Positions 51,271-60,824 of a stretch of 64,000 nucleotides of DNA are shown here, in pieces. The notes below the pieces were generated by a model. That model searched no databases, was not told the origin of the DNA, and worked only from the letters and a program-made list of their open reading frames with translations. Made by a program: the position numbers and the translations under genes. Position 1 is the stretch's first letter, and every line of letters starts with the position of its first letter. The stretch lies in the IMG/VR virus record IMGVR_UViG_3300031555_003522, positions 143,862-207,861 of that record, one strand, 5' to 3'. The DNA comes from a virus. Lineage: Duplodnaviria; Caudoviricetes.

Positions 51271-52071
51271 ATGTCTCTCGGAAATACCTACAATAACCCC
51301 AGCAACACCACTGGAAACCAGTCTAAGGTGTTCGATCCCACTGTGTATTCTGCTTATCGTATGAATAATGCAGAATCTGCAATTGATCCTACTTGCCTCA
51401 CATTCAGATTCTGGAAGAACAATTTATGTATTGGAATCTTCCCTCGAAAGAATACTGGAACTGATGAAGTTCAGTTTGATATGGATAATGGTATTACTAT
51501 TTATCTGTCTCATACTAAAGCTCGTATTCTTGCAGATGAATTGAAGAAGTATCTGCAGAATCCTGTTGCATATAATGGCGCTGGCGTTCCTTCCGGTCAG
51601 GCCGCTATTAGTATTTCTAATGGCGCCGAATATGGAAAGAATGCTGATGTACTCACTATTCGTAAAGTAAATGATAATGGTGAAGTTGCAGCAAGTTTCG
51701 CTTATGAGTTTAAGCGTGACTATCACTTCTCCATTCGTGGATATATCGGAGAATCCTTTACTAAGGTTTATGAAGATTATCAGAAAATTGAAATCGAGCA
51801 GGTAATTACTGTTCTCGAAGAGTACTATAAGGCTATTACAAATGCTGTAGCATTTACTGTCATGGATCAGCGTAAGTTCTCTGCAGCTCGCACAGAGAAT
51901 AAGATTGATTCTATTGCAGCAGCTCTTGGCGTTGAGACCAACCGTTCTAGTGGCGGTCAGCGCCGCTACAATAATAACTCTTACTTCAATGGAAATAATG
52001 GTGGATCCAACAATTCCAGTTATTCCTCTGGTGTTGCCTATGGTACTGCCAGTCTTGAAGATATTGAGTAA
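51271..52071 (+). CDS. Probable single-stranded DNA-binding protein
   Basis: 266 aa; beta-rich core, G/N/S-rich disordered tail ending acidic (LEDIE); inference. Confidence 0.45.
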   Translation: MSLGNTYNNPSNTTGNQSKVFDPTVYSAYRMNNAESAIDPTCLTFRFWKNNLCIGIFPRKNTGTDEVQFDMDNGITIYLSHTKARILADELKKYLQNPVAYNGAGVPSGQAAISISNGAEYGKNADVLTIRKVNDNGEVAASFAYEFKRDYHFSIRGYIGESFTKVYEDYQKIEIEQVITVLEEYYKAITNAVAFTVMDQRKFSAARTENKIDSIAAALGVETNRSSGGQRRYNNNSYFNGNNGGSNNSSYSSGVAYGTASLEDIE

Positions 52072-52137
52072 TTGATATATAGAAAGGTTGATCGCTTATG
52101 TGGTCAACCTTTCTTTTTTGTATTCGAGGTGAATATA

Positions 52138-52806
52138 ATGGCAAAAGGTTTTAATTCTATCTTATTTGATTTCTCATCCATTCTTGATCCGGAAATAACT
52201 GCTATTAATTGGATGAGAGATGAATTTAGAGATATTGCTTTAGATAATTTTGATAAGCATAAATTATTATATACTAGCTTAGATAGTATGAAATTTCATA
52301 GAGTTTATGGTGTAGAAGATGTATTTTCATCTATGATTGTAAACTCTGAAATGAAAGAAAATTGGGTTACGACTCTTAGTTCTATTTACAAGGAATATGA
52401 AAATGAAATCTTAAAAAAGAAATATGCTTGTCTAACCCAAATGTGCGTACTTATCAATGCTTATAAAAAGGCTGGAGATGGAATAATAAAAACTGCAGTT
52501 AGATGTAGTAATGAAGCTCAAAAGAATTTTATAAAAGAAATTCTGCCAGATGCTTATATAGAATTTGGAAATCCAGATGAAATAGATATGAGTAAGTATG
52601 GTAGATTAATTTGTGGTAACTATAAAATCGCTCTTATGTATAAACTCAATGAACCCAAGAGTGTTCTTATCCTTAATTTTAGAGAGAATTTTATAGAAAA
52701 TGACATTACCAAACTACAGCCTGAACTAATTATTAGTCTAGGAGATATACATGATATTCAAATAATATCTGCATTCTCAGAAGAAATAAATGATCCTAAA
52801 GGATAA
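52138..52806 (+). CDS. Hypothetical protein (possible degenerate HAD fold)
   Basis: SILFDFSSILD N-terminus. Confidence 0.55.
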   Translation: MAKGFNSILFDFSSILDPEITAINWMRDEFRDIALDNFDKHKLLYTSLDSMKFHRVYGVEDVFSSMIVNSEMKENWVTTLSSIYKEYENEILKKKYACLTQMCVLINAYKKAGDGIIKTAVRCSNEAQKNFIKEILPDAYIEFGNPDEIDMSKYGRLICGNYKIALMYKLNEPKSVLILNFRENFIENDITKLQPELIISLGDIHDIQIISAFSEEINDPKG

Positions 52807-52827
52807 ATTGAAAGGAGAACAACCAAT

Positions 52828-54600
52828 ATGTCTACACTGATTTCTAATAACGTGGTTACAAAAGATACCATTAGAAAGATTCAGAGCAAAACTCTTAGAG
52901 AGTTGTCTTCTATTTTGGTAAACTCTTTTGGCCCTAATGGCTCTAATGCATGTATTAAGAAAGAAAATGCACTTTCTAGATATACAAAAGATGGTCATAC
53001 TATTATTGGTGCTTTACATTATAATGGTATTATCGAGCAGTCTATCAAAGACGATATTGAATCTATTACTCGCCATATTGTTAAGACAGTTGGTGATGGT
53101 ACTACATCTGCAGTAATTCTGTCTTCTCTTATTCTTGAAGCTGTTATTAATCTTGAAAAGGAAGGTTATAATCCTTCTAAGATTACTAGAACTTTTGAAG
53201 AAGTTGTTAAAGAGATATCTGATAAGATCAAGGAATCTGCTACAGATCTTACTTTAAAAGATGTATACGACATTGCTATGATTTCTACTAATGGTAATGA
53301 GTTCGTATCCAAAACACTGCAGGATATTTATAATGAATTTGGCAATTCTGTATTTATCGATGTAACACCTTCCACTGGTGAAGAGTTTGTTATTAAGAGT
53401 TATAATGGTATGACACTTAATAGTGGATTTGCCAATTCCTGCTATATTACCAATACCAAGAATAATTCTGTAGAGGTTCCTAATCCTGAAGTATATTTCT
53501 TCGAGCATCCTGTAGATACTCAGGAAATGGCAGTATATCTGGATTCTATTATCTCTCGTAATATTATTATGCCGTTTAATCAGCAGGATTGGGATAGCAT
53601 GATTCCTACTGTCATCTTTGCTCCCACTATCTCTCAGGATCTGTGTGCAACAATTGATAGCTTGGTATCTGTTATGGAACAAATGCCTACTAATAATAAA
53701 TTGCCCATTTGTCTTATTGTCAATCTTCATGAGCCTGAGCAGCTTGTTGATCTTGCTCGTATGTGCGGATCTAAAATGATTCGTAAATATATTGATGCTA
53801 AGATTTATAAGCAGGATGTTGAAAAGGGAGTAGCCCCCACTCCTAATACTATCTTTAACTGGGCTGGTCATTGTGATAAGGTTATCTCTTACTCCGATAA
53901 GACTACATTTATTAGGCCTAGCAAGATGTATAATGAAGACGGATCTTATAGCGAGCTTTATAATAATCTTGTAAACTTCTTAGAAAGCGAGATTTCTATT
54001 AATGTTGCCGATGGCGGAGATATTCGTGAAGTTGGTACATTAAAACGTCGTCTTCATTCTCTGAAATCTAACATGGTAGAATTATTTGTCGGTGGTATTA
54101 CTCAGGCTGATCGTGATGCCGTTCGTGATCTGGTTGAAGATGCTGTTTTGAATATTCGCTCTGCTGCACAGAATGGTGTAGGCTTAGGAGCCAACATGTC
54201 TGCATCTATCGCTATTAGAAATATGGCAAATAATGTTCGTTATATTGCTGAAGAGGATAATAAGTGCCTTGAAAATGCCAAGCCGTTTAGCTTGCATGAT
54301 AAGATCTTGTTTGAAATCGAGAATGCATATTCTAATCTTGTTGACATTTTGTATTCTGGTACAGGAGTTGGCAACGGGGTCTATCCTCATGCTGATACAG
54401 CTATAGAAGACCTCTGCTCTCATTATATGAGCTATGGTACAATCTATAATATTAGAGAATGTGTATGGACAGATAACGTTAAGACATCTATAAAGTCTGA
54501 TATCGTTATTCTCGATACCGTATCTAAGATTATTACCATAATGGGTACATGCAATCAGTTTATTGTTCCTACTGCTATGCACAACGTATACGAAAAGTAA
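52828..54600 (+). CDS. groEL: Phage GroEL-like chaperonin
   Basis: SFGPNG, TKDGHTI, GDGTTSA, EDAVL..A..G motifs. Confidence 0.88.
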   Translation: MSTLISNNVVTKDTIRKIQSKTLRELSSILVNSFGPNGSNACIKKENALSRYTKDGHTIIGALHYNGIIEQSIKDDIESITRHIVKTVGDGTTSAVILSSLILEAVINLEKEGYNPSKITRTFEEVVKEISDKIKESATDLTLKDVYDIAMISTNGNEFVSKTLQDIYNEFGNSVFIDVTPSTGEEFVIKSYNGMTLNSGFANSCYITNTKNNSVEVPNPEVYFFEHPVDTQEMAVYLDSIISRNIIMPFNQQDWDSMIPTVIFAPTISQDLCATIDSLVSVMEQMPTNNKLPICLIVNLHEPEQLVDLARMCGSKMIRKYIDAKIYKQDVEKGVAPTPNTIFNWAGHCDKVISYSDKTTFIRPSKMYNEDGSYSELYNNLVNFLESEISINVADGGDIREVGTLKRRLHSLKSNMVELFVGGITQADRDAVRDLVEDAVLNIRSAAQNGVGLGANMSASIAIRNMANNVRYIAEEDNKCLENAKPFSLHDKILFEIENAYSNLVDILYSGTGVGNGVYPHADTAIEDLCSHYMSYGTIYNIRECVWTDNVKTSIKSDIVILDTVSKIITIMGTCNQFIVPTAMHNVYEK

Positions 54601-54647
54601 ATAAATTAAACCGCTAGGGATTTATACCCTAGCGGTTATTTTTTTTT

Positions 54648-57293
54648 TTAATTAGATTCTGGCATACAATATACACCAATTTTATTGATGTTGCTTATAG
54701 CTCCTTTAAGCATAGCGTCATATCCATCAGGACCATCAGGGTCTATTGTAATAATTACATTACAATTCTTACCACTGCTAGATAGCTTAATAGGATTAGA
54801 AGTTATCTGTAAGTGGTTGGAATTTGTATCCGCATTTTTATCTGCAGATATTCCACTTACATCATCAATCTTTATACCCAATTCATTTTCGGCTCTATCT
54901 ATCATTCTTATAGCAATAGCTTTATTTGTATGGGTATTTTTCGAATCACTTCTTTCAAAAGCTTTATCATCATCTACTACATCATCTATTTCGAAATCAT
55001 CTACAACAGGTTCAGTTGAAGTGAGCTTTCTAAGATTGATTTTGAATCTAGGAAGATTTTTCATATCGAATGTCTTAAAATCGACCTTAAAATATCCTCT
55101 AGTACCAACAAAAATTATATCTTTATCTCCCCATGCCTTCCTGAGAGCCTCAGGATTGGTACGTATAAGACGCAAGATAATTGAAATTGGATTTAGATTT
55201 TTCCTAAAGTCGTATAAGTCACTCATAGGCTGTGCGGGCCATACACCTGGATCTATAGGAATAAATATTGTCTGTTTCTTATAAGAAGCATTCAATTCTT
55301 TATTATTTATAAGACGATTAATGAATTCAAAATAGAAATTAACGGCCTTATCTAATTTGAACTGAATATTCTTGAGAAATAGTCCATGATAGTAAGAAAG
55401 ATCTACAAAAAGATTTAATCCCTTATACATCTCTATTCTCGGATACATTTTAGTGATTTCAGGATTAAGAACTTTCATACTCTCATAATACTTCATAACT
55501 TCTCTACTATTTTTAAGGCGTTCACTATACAGATATTTTCTAAGCTTATTAGAATACATACTTTCATCACCTTCTGTGAAGATAGCCATGTTTTCACTAA
55601 TAATCATATTATCTGTATTATATAGGCCACTTTCAAATCTACTATCTGGAGTAATATGAGAAGGAAGAATATTAGGAGCCGCCATATCTTTATTTAGATA
55701 TTTCACAAAAATCTTTCTTCCATATACATCCTTATTACCAGTATCTTCAAATCCGTTGTTTCTTGCCAAATACTGAGATGCTAAATTATCATCATGAGCA
55801 GTCCAATAATATGTATTAAATCCATGCTTTATGCCGAGATCGCATCCAAGCATTTCTTTAACCATAGAACTGGCTATACCCATATCTCTATAATCATTCG
55901 AAACTGCTAAAGTAATTTGAGCAATTCCTGGAGAAGACGGGAATCTATACACGTCTAAAAATCCTGCAGGATTCCCATCTACTTTATGGATAATTCTCTT
56001 AATTATAAAAGGAGAATTCTCATATTCATTTTTGAATGTAATTCTCTTTAACTCATCTTGAGTAAGAGAAGAACAAATCTTCTGTACATCATCAAAGTTT
56101 GAACATTCTGGATTATCTTCTATAGCAGATTCCTTTGTCACTTCAGATTTAGCGCAAGTGTATTTATAGATTTTAGATTTGGTATAATAACTTCTAAATC
56201 TATTAGATGCACTAACTCTAATATCTGTCATACCAAATTTCTTAATCTGTTTGATTATATTTTCAGCTAATTCTTTTTCCTCATCAGCATCGCAAGAATT
56301 AAACATTTTTATTGCTAATCTTACATGCTCTTCATCATGTATAGGATACTTCCTTTTATCTGGTATACCAAATTGAGAGGGGAGCAATCTCTGTCTTTCA
56401 GAGTAGCTTAGACCCTCTGAGAATATCTTACGAAAAGCCATAATATCATTACCAATAATAAATTTGGTAAATATTCTTATATCTGCAGTATTAATATATT
56501 TGGTTATACCACGATAGCCTTCAACCTCTGTCATTCTATTAATAACTTTTAGTATTTTCTTTTCATCGCCAAAATCTACTTGACCATTATTCTCCTTATC
56601 CCAATTGGATAATCCGGACACATTTGCTGCTATTGCGTAAACAATTTTAGCACTAAGATCTATATTATAAGATGCCATTATACAACTTGCAAGAGCAGAA
56701 GCAAGATACATATCATAAGGGCCATACATTAATCTCTCATCATATGCCATAGAACTTACCACGCAAATATGCGAATCTCTTACATAGTAATATAATTTAT
56801 CCTTATCAGACTTACCGTTATAACTCTCCCTAAGAGCTCTAATATTAGGATATACCTTAACATTAATTTCCTCTGGAATTTTCGAGAGTCCTAAAAGAGC
56901 TGCATAGTCTTTAACAAGATTGGAAGTATATATCTTTTTAAGATATCTCATATCCATCATAGATATTCCATCTTCAAATTTGATCTTAGTTTTTCCTCCG
57001 AATGCACTAATCATAGTTTCGGACAAAGTTTCTTCCTCAACAGGATCAAAATTAAGTACCTCTTCTGGTACATTTTCTATATATGCCGTTACATTCCTAT
57101 CGATATAGAAAGATCTATAGATCATTGGATTTATAAGATACGGAAGTCTCATAAGCTGACTACTAACCTCCATACTCGGGGTTAATAGAAGTATAGCAGA
57201 TCCCTTCTTTCTATCTTTCTCATTTATAGGAACATAGACCTTTTTATTGGCAGAATATAAAAATAGAGGTTTAAGTTCATCCATCATTCTCAT
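54648..57293 (-). CDS. Large late/virion protein with an internal GNAT acetyltransferase domain
   Basis: 881 aa; LAVSNDYRDMGIAS (acetyl-CoA motif A), NLASQYLARNNGF (motif B); FGIPDKRKYPIHDEEHV module; AACT-N6-TA upstream. Confidence 0.7.
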   Translation of the reverse strand: MRMMDELKPLFLYSANKKVYVPINEKDRKKGSAILLLTPSMEVSSQLMRLPYLINPMIYRSFYIDRNVTAYIENVPEEVLNFDPVEEETLSETMISAFGGKTKIKFEDGISMMDMRYLKKIYTSNLVKDYAALLGLSKIPEEINVKVYPNIRALRESYNGKSDKDKLYYYVRDSHICVVSSMAYDERLMYGPYDMYLASALASCIMASYNIDLSAKIVYAIAANVSGLSNWDKENNGQVDFGDEKKILKVINRMTEVEGYRGITKYINTADIRIFTKFIIGNDIMAFRKIFSEGLSYSERQRLLPSQFGIPDKRKYPIHDEEHVRLAIKMFNSCDADEEKELAENIIKQIKKFGMTDIRVSASNRFRSYYTKSKIYKYTCAKSEVTKESAIEDNPECSNFDDVQKICSSLTQDELKRITFKNEYENSPFIIKRIIHKVDGNPAGFLDVYRFPSSPGIAQITLAVSNDYRDMGIASSMVKEMLGCDLGIKHGFNTYYWTAHDDNLASQYLARNNGFEDTGNKDVYGRKIFVKYLNKDMAAPNILPSHITPDSRFESGLYNTDNMIISENMAIFTEGDESMYSNKLRKYLYSERLKNSREVMKYYESMKVLNPEITKMYPRIEMYKGLNLFVDLSYYHGLFLKNIQFKLDKAVNFYFEFINRLINNKELNASYKKQTIFIPIDPGVWPAQPMSDLYDFRKNLNPISIILRLIRTNPEALRKAWGDKDIIFVGTRGYFKVDFKTFDMKNLPRFKINLRKLTSTEPVVDDFEIDDVVDDDKAFERSDSKNTHTNKAIAIRMIDRAENELGIKIDDVSGISADKNADTNSNHLQITSNPIKLSSSGKNCNVIITIDPDGPDGYDAMLKGAISNINKIGVYCMPESN

Positions 57294-57478
57294 AAGGATA
57301 TCAACTCCTTTATTTTCTTATTTATAAGTTAAGATGCTCCCAAGTTAACCTTTACAGAGCTATTTACATTTGAGTAACTAGAAGCTTTTCTAAAGTTATT
57401 GATTTCAATAGGTTTAGAAATGTATACCTTTAATTATGTATATACTATTACATAATCCGGTATAAGGAGATTTTTAGT

Positions 57479-57658
57479 ATGAAAAAAGATTCTAAAAATA
57501 ATAAACCAATAATAGCAAAGCAAGATTTTATTAAATTTCTTGCAAGCGCAACACCAGAAGAGATAAATAATTACATAGCCGAAAAGGGTAAACCCGCAAG
57601 GTTAGTAGAACCTATTATCTTTTTTGATGATAAGACTAAAAATAATGAATTGGCTTAA
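57479..57658 (+). CDS. Small hypothetical protein (59 aa, below the ORF-track cutoff)
   Basis: AAGGAG RBS; MKKDSKNNKPIIAKQDFIKFLASATPEEINNYIAEKGKPARLVEPIIFFDDKTKNNELA. Confidence 0.65.
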   Translation: MKKDSKNNKPIIAKQDFIKFLASATPEEINNYIAEKGKPARLVEPIIFFDDKTKNNELA

Positions 57659-57711
57659 TAAGCTTTTCATAATAATTAAAACATGTTTATTTAAACAAGG
57701 AGGAAACTACT

Positions 57712-58245
57712 ATGAGCGAAAATATTACTGTAAAGGGTCTTATTGATGAGATTTCTACTGGTTTATCTCAGGTAAGCTCTTCTCGTAAGGATGAGATTCG
57801 CATTATGCAGGCAATGCTTAGTGATGATAAGTATTCTGTATCTATCTATGGTAAAGATGGAGTAGAGGGTACTTATTCTCCCGCAGAAGATTTCCGTGCT
57901 ATGTGTGCATCTGTTATCTCCAATGCTGCTAAAGTTCCTATGGCTGAAGCAACCCAGTTGATGGAAGGTTATGCTGTCCGTAAGGGCGAGGCTACTGCTA
58001 TGGTTAACATCTCTAAAGAGTTTGTTAATACCTATCTGCAGACTGGTCGTAAGCTTCCTCTTGGAGCTCGTGAAAAGTCTGATGTTTCTCTGAGCTTGAA
58101 GAAGGTAGATGCAAGCACTCGTCTGTATCCTCAGAAGGTTGGGGTTAATGATGATGGGTCTGATCGCTATTCCAAGACTGCAACAACTGTTCCCGCACAT
58201 GAAAGTGTTCGTGTACACGCTCCTTGCCCCTCTTGGGTGAAGTAA
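57712..58245 (+). CDS. HU/IHF-like DNA-binding protein
   Basis: EATAMV..FVNTYLQTGRKLPLG..SLSLKKV..RLYPQ..VPAHESVRV follows the HU helix/beta-arm pattern; AGGAGG RBS. Confidence 0.55.
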   Translation: MSENITVKGLIDEISTGLSQVSSSRKDEIRIMQAMLSDDKYSVSIYGKDGVEGTYSPAEDFRAMCASVISNAAKVPMAEATQLMEGYAVRKGEATAMVNISKEFVNTYLQTGRKLPLGAREKSDVSLSLKKVDASTRLYPQKVGVNDDGSDRYSKTATTVPAHESVRVHAPCPSWVK

Positions 58246-58291
58246 AAAAAATAAAGGTCTAGAGTAGAAATACTCTAGACCTTTTGCCTTT

Positions 58292-58825
58292 TTATTTGCA
58301 TGATTTATAATTAAAATTATCTCCAGTCTTAGGAGATCTCATAAACATCACTATTGGGCTTCCATTTTGAAGATAGGGATATAGTTTAAAATTATTATCC
58401 ATTAAAGCGTAATACATCGGATCAGTATTGGCTACAGGACACTTGGGAACAAAGAATGTAAATCCATCATTTTTGTCGTTAACCGCAATGCCTATCATAT
58501 CTGTAAGAGCCTTTTTCTGAATGTCATGAGAATACATATCGAAAACATGCATAAATTCTATAGAGTATAAGACTCCATGAGATTGACAATAGTATTCCAA
58601 TTTATGCACATTTATTTTATCCATAGTTGTCCTTCTAATTCCGATAATACCTCGAATATTCTTAACAGGGTCATTATGTGAAGTACAAACATAGATATCA
58701 CATTCTTCAAAGACCTGTTTTTCAAGGTTAATATAAGAATTACAATCAGCTTTTAAAAAATTAAATAAAGTGTCTATTAAAACTTCATCTAATCTATTTA
58801 TTCTGGTAATTTCATAATGATTCAT
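58292..58825 (-). CDS. Hypothetical protein, possible GNAT fold
   Basis: IRGIIGI..YSIEFMHVF..ALMDNNF pattern. Confidence 0.5.
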   Translation of the reverse strand: MNHYEITRINRLDEVLIDTLFNFLKADCNSYINLEKQVFEECDIYVCTSHNDPVKNIRGIIGIRRTTMDKINVHKLEYYCQSHGVLYSIEFMHVFDMYSHDIQKKALTDMIGIAVNDKNDGFTFFVPKCPVANTDPMYYALMDNNFKLYPYLQNGSPIVMFMRSPKTGDNFNYKSCK

Positions 58826-58906
58826 ATATCATTCACCTCTATAAACTAGATTAATATAAGGTTGGTTTAATATTATACCCCTGCCAGATTTTTGGCAGGG
58901 GTAAAT

Positions 58907-59716
58907 TTATTTAGCAAAAACCATTGCATTGCATAAAGGATTGGATATATTAATCTTCATAATAGTTGTAGAAGATCCATCCGTAGAACGATACTCATCT
59001 ATATCTATTCTATACGTATCATAATATCCGGCATACTTATACACTAGATCATTAAATAAATGGATACTGTCTTCTATATATCTACCATTACTCTTTATAG
59101 TAACTTCATCTATTCCATTAAATACGAGCACTATATTTTTAGAATGATCATCATCAGTAAATGGTTTAATAGAATAAAATACATCTAGATCTCTAATAAT
59201 TATATTAGCAATAGTCTGTAAATAGTACTGCTGAATAGATGCTCTCTTATAACTAGTATTACCATTAAGAAATGGAGAAGTGAGCTTTCTTATAGAGCAA
59301 TTAAATCCGCCTATTGCAGATAATTCTTCAGAATGTAAAAATACCCAATCATGACTTGCTTGATCTACCTGCTCCTCAACCATTGTTTTATATTCTGGTG
59401 TTTTATACATTATCATAGATATTAATTGATCTGCATGGTGAAGCTCATGACATAAAGTCCAGGAGAGCAAAGTACCAATATAATCATTTCTATTAATTAT
59501 ATTAGAATATTTTCTCTCATTATACGAATCAATTATAGTTCCTATGAATAGAGTAATATAATTTGGATATCTAGTACCAGCATTTGTATTAGTTACAAAA
59601 TCATACATATCTATTATCAGATGACAATTAGAATTGAGTATATTCACTTTACCATTCATAAAAGCAAATACTCTTTCTGCCATAGCTGAATAATGATTAA
59701 ATTCTTCAATAGTCAT
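58907..59716 (-). CDS. Zincin-like metalloprotein (HExxH)
   Basis: TLCHELHHADQ..VEEQVD. Confidence 0.6.
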   Translation of the reverse strand: MTIEEFNHYSAMAERVFAFMNGKVNILNSNCHLIIDMYDFVTNTNAGTRYPNYITLFIGTIIDSYNERKYSNIINRNDYIGTLLSWTLCHELHHADQLISMIMYKTPEYKTMVEEQVDQASHDWVFLHSEELSAIGGFNCSIRKLTSPFLNGNTSYKRASIQQYYLQTIANIIIRDLDVFYSIKPFTDDDHSKNIVLVFNGIDEVTIKSNGRYIEDSIHLFNDLVYKYAGYYDTYRIDIDEYRSTDGSSTTIMKINISNPLCNAMVFAK

Positions 59717-59827
59717 TTAAATCACCTTTCCTTTCATTAATATTATATACAAATGTGTGTTATTTTTAGCATTTTAAACTTTTTTATACATCCTAATAAA
59801 TACCAAATATTTAGGAGGTTAAAAAAT

Positions 59828-60598
59828 ATGCAATTTCCGAGAGGAGAAATTATAGCGTTTGAAGGACTCGATTGTTCCTTTAAAGAGACAAACTTTAAAC
59901 GATTTGTAGATTACTTAAAGTGTACATACCCTAAAGAAAGTAAACAAGGCCTTATAACGGCATCATTTCCTAGATATAATGAATCTTCTTGTTTTATGGT
60001 GAAAGAATATCTAGACAATAAAATTAATTCTGCAAGACTTAGAGCTAACTACAGCGATGCAGTATGCTCTTTTTATTCCATAGATAGACTTCATTTCTGG
60101 AATCAATTTTATCCATATAGAAATATTCAACTGACAAATCTTGATATTCGCAGAATTCCTTCTGCATGCTTCGTATTTGATAGATATTCTCTCTCAAATG
60201 CTATTTATAATCCGGATAATGGAGAATGTATTACAAGAGATGATATTATTAAAGAGAAAGAGAAGTTTGGTAATCCATTACCTACGATACTGGTGTGGTT
60301 TAGAATGAGAGATAGACAAACATATCTCAATATTTTAAACAATAAATCTGGTAAGGATTTTAATGAATCTGATGTTGATTTTATGGCTACAGTATGGGAT
60401 AGAACAAATAAATTCTTCAAATCTCATATTCTTGAAGATTGTGACATCATCCCAGTAATCATAGAATGTTTAGATGAAAATCTTAATATTCGTTCAAAAG
60501 AAGATATCTTTAAAGATGTTCTTGATGGAGTTCAAAAGGCTATTGATATGAGGGAATGTGGATATAATATCGATATGTCACCGAAACCAAATTCATGA
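59828..60598 (+). CDS. tmk: Thymidylate (dNMP) kinase
   Basis: IIAFEGLDCSFKET P-loop variant, SFPRY, FYSIDR, FDRYSLSN. Confidence 0.75.
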   Translation: MQFPRGEIIAFEGLDCSFKETNFKRFVDYLKCTYPKESKQGLITASFPRYNESSCFMVKEYLDNKINSARLRANYSDAVCSFYSIDRLHFWNQFYPYRNIQLTNLDIRRIPSACFVFDRYSLSNAIYNPDNGECITRDDIIKEKEKFGNPLPTILVWFRMRDRQTYLNILNNKSGKDFNESDVDFMATVWDRTNKFFKSHILEDCDIIPVIIECLDENLNIRSKEDIFKDVLDGVQKAIDMRECGYNIDMSPKPNS

Positions 60599-60626
60599 TC
60601 ATCAGATTTTTAGGAGGTGAAGATGG

Positions 60627-60824
60627 ATGAATAAAAGAAAGTATAAACACAACTATTTAAAAGAATTATGGTATAATAGACCATGGAAATATATTCCAGA
60701 GGTTATTAGATTCATAAAAAACTATCCTTTTGATAAGTATAAAGGCAATTTTCTTATTTGGTTTAGAAATTGTTTATATGTAAATTGGCAAGTTTGTTTA
60801 ATGGAGGAAAATGAAAATGGCTAA
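60627..60824 (+). CDS. Small hypothetical protein
   Basis: 65 aa, AGGAGG RBS. Confidence 0.5.
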   Translation: MNKRKYKHNYLKELWYNRPWKYIPEVIRFIKNYPFDKYKGNFLIWFRNCLYVNWQVCLMEENENG

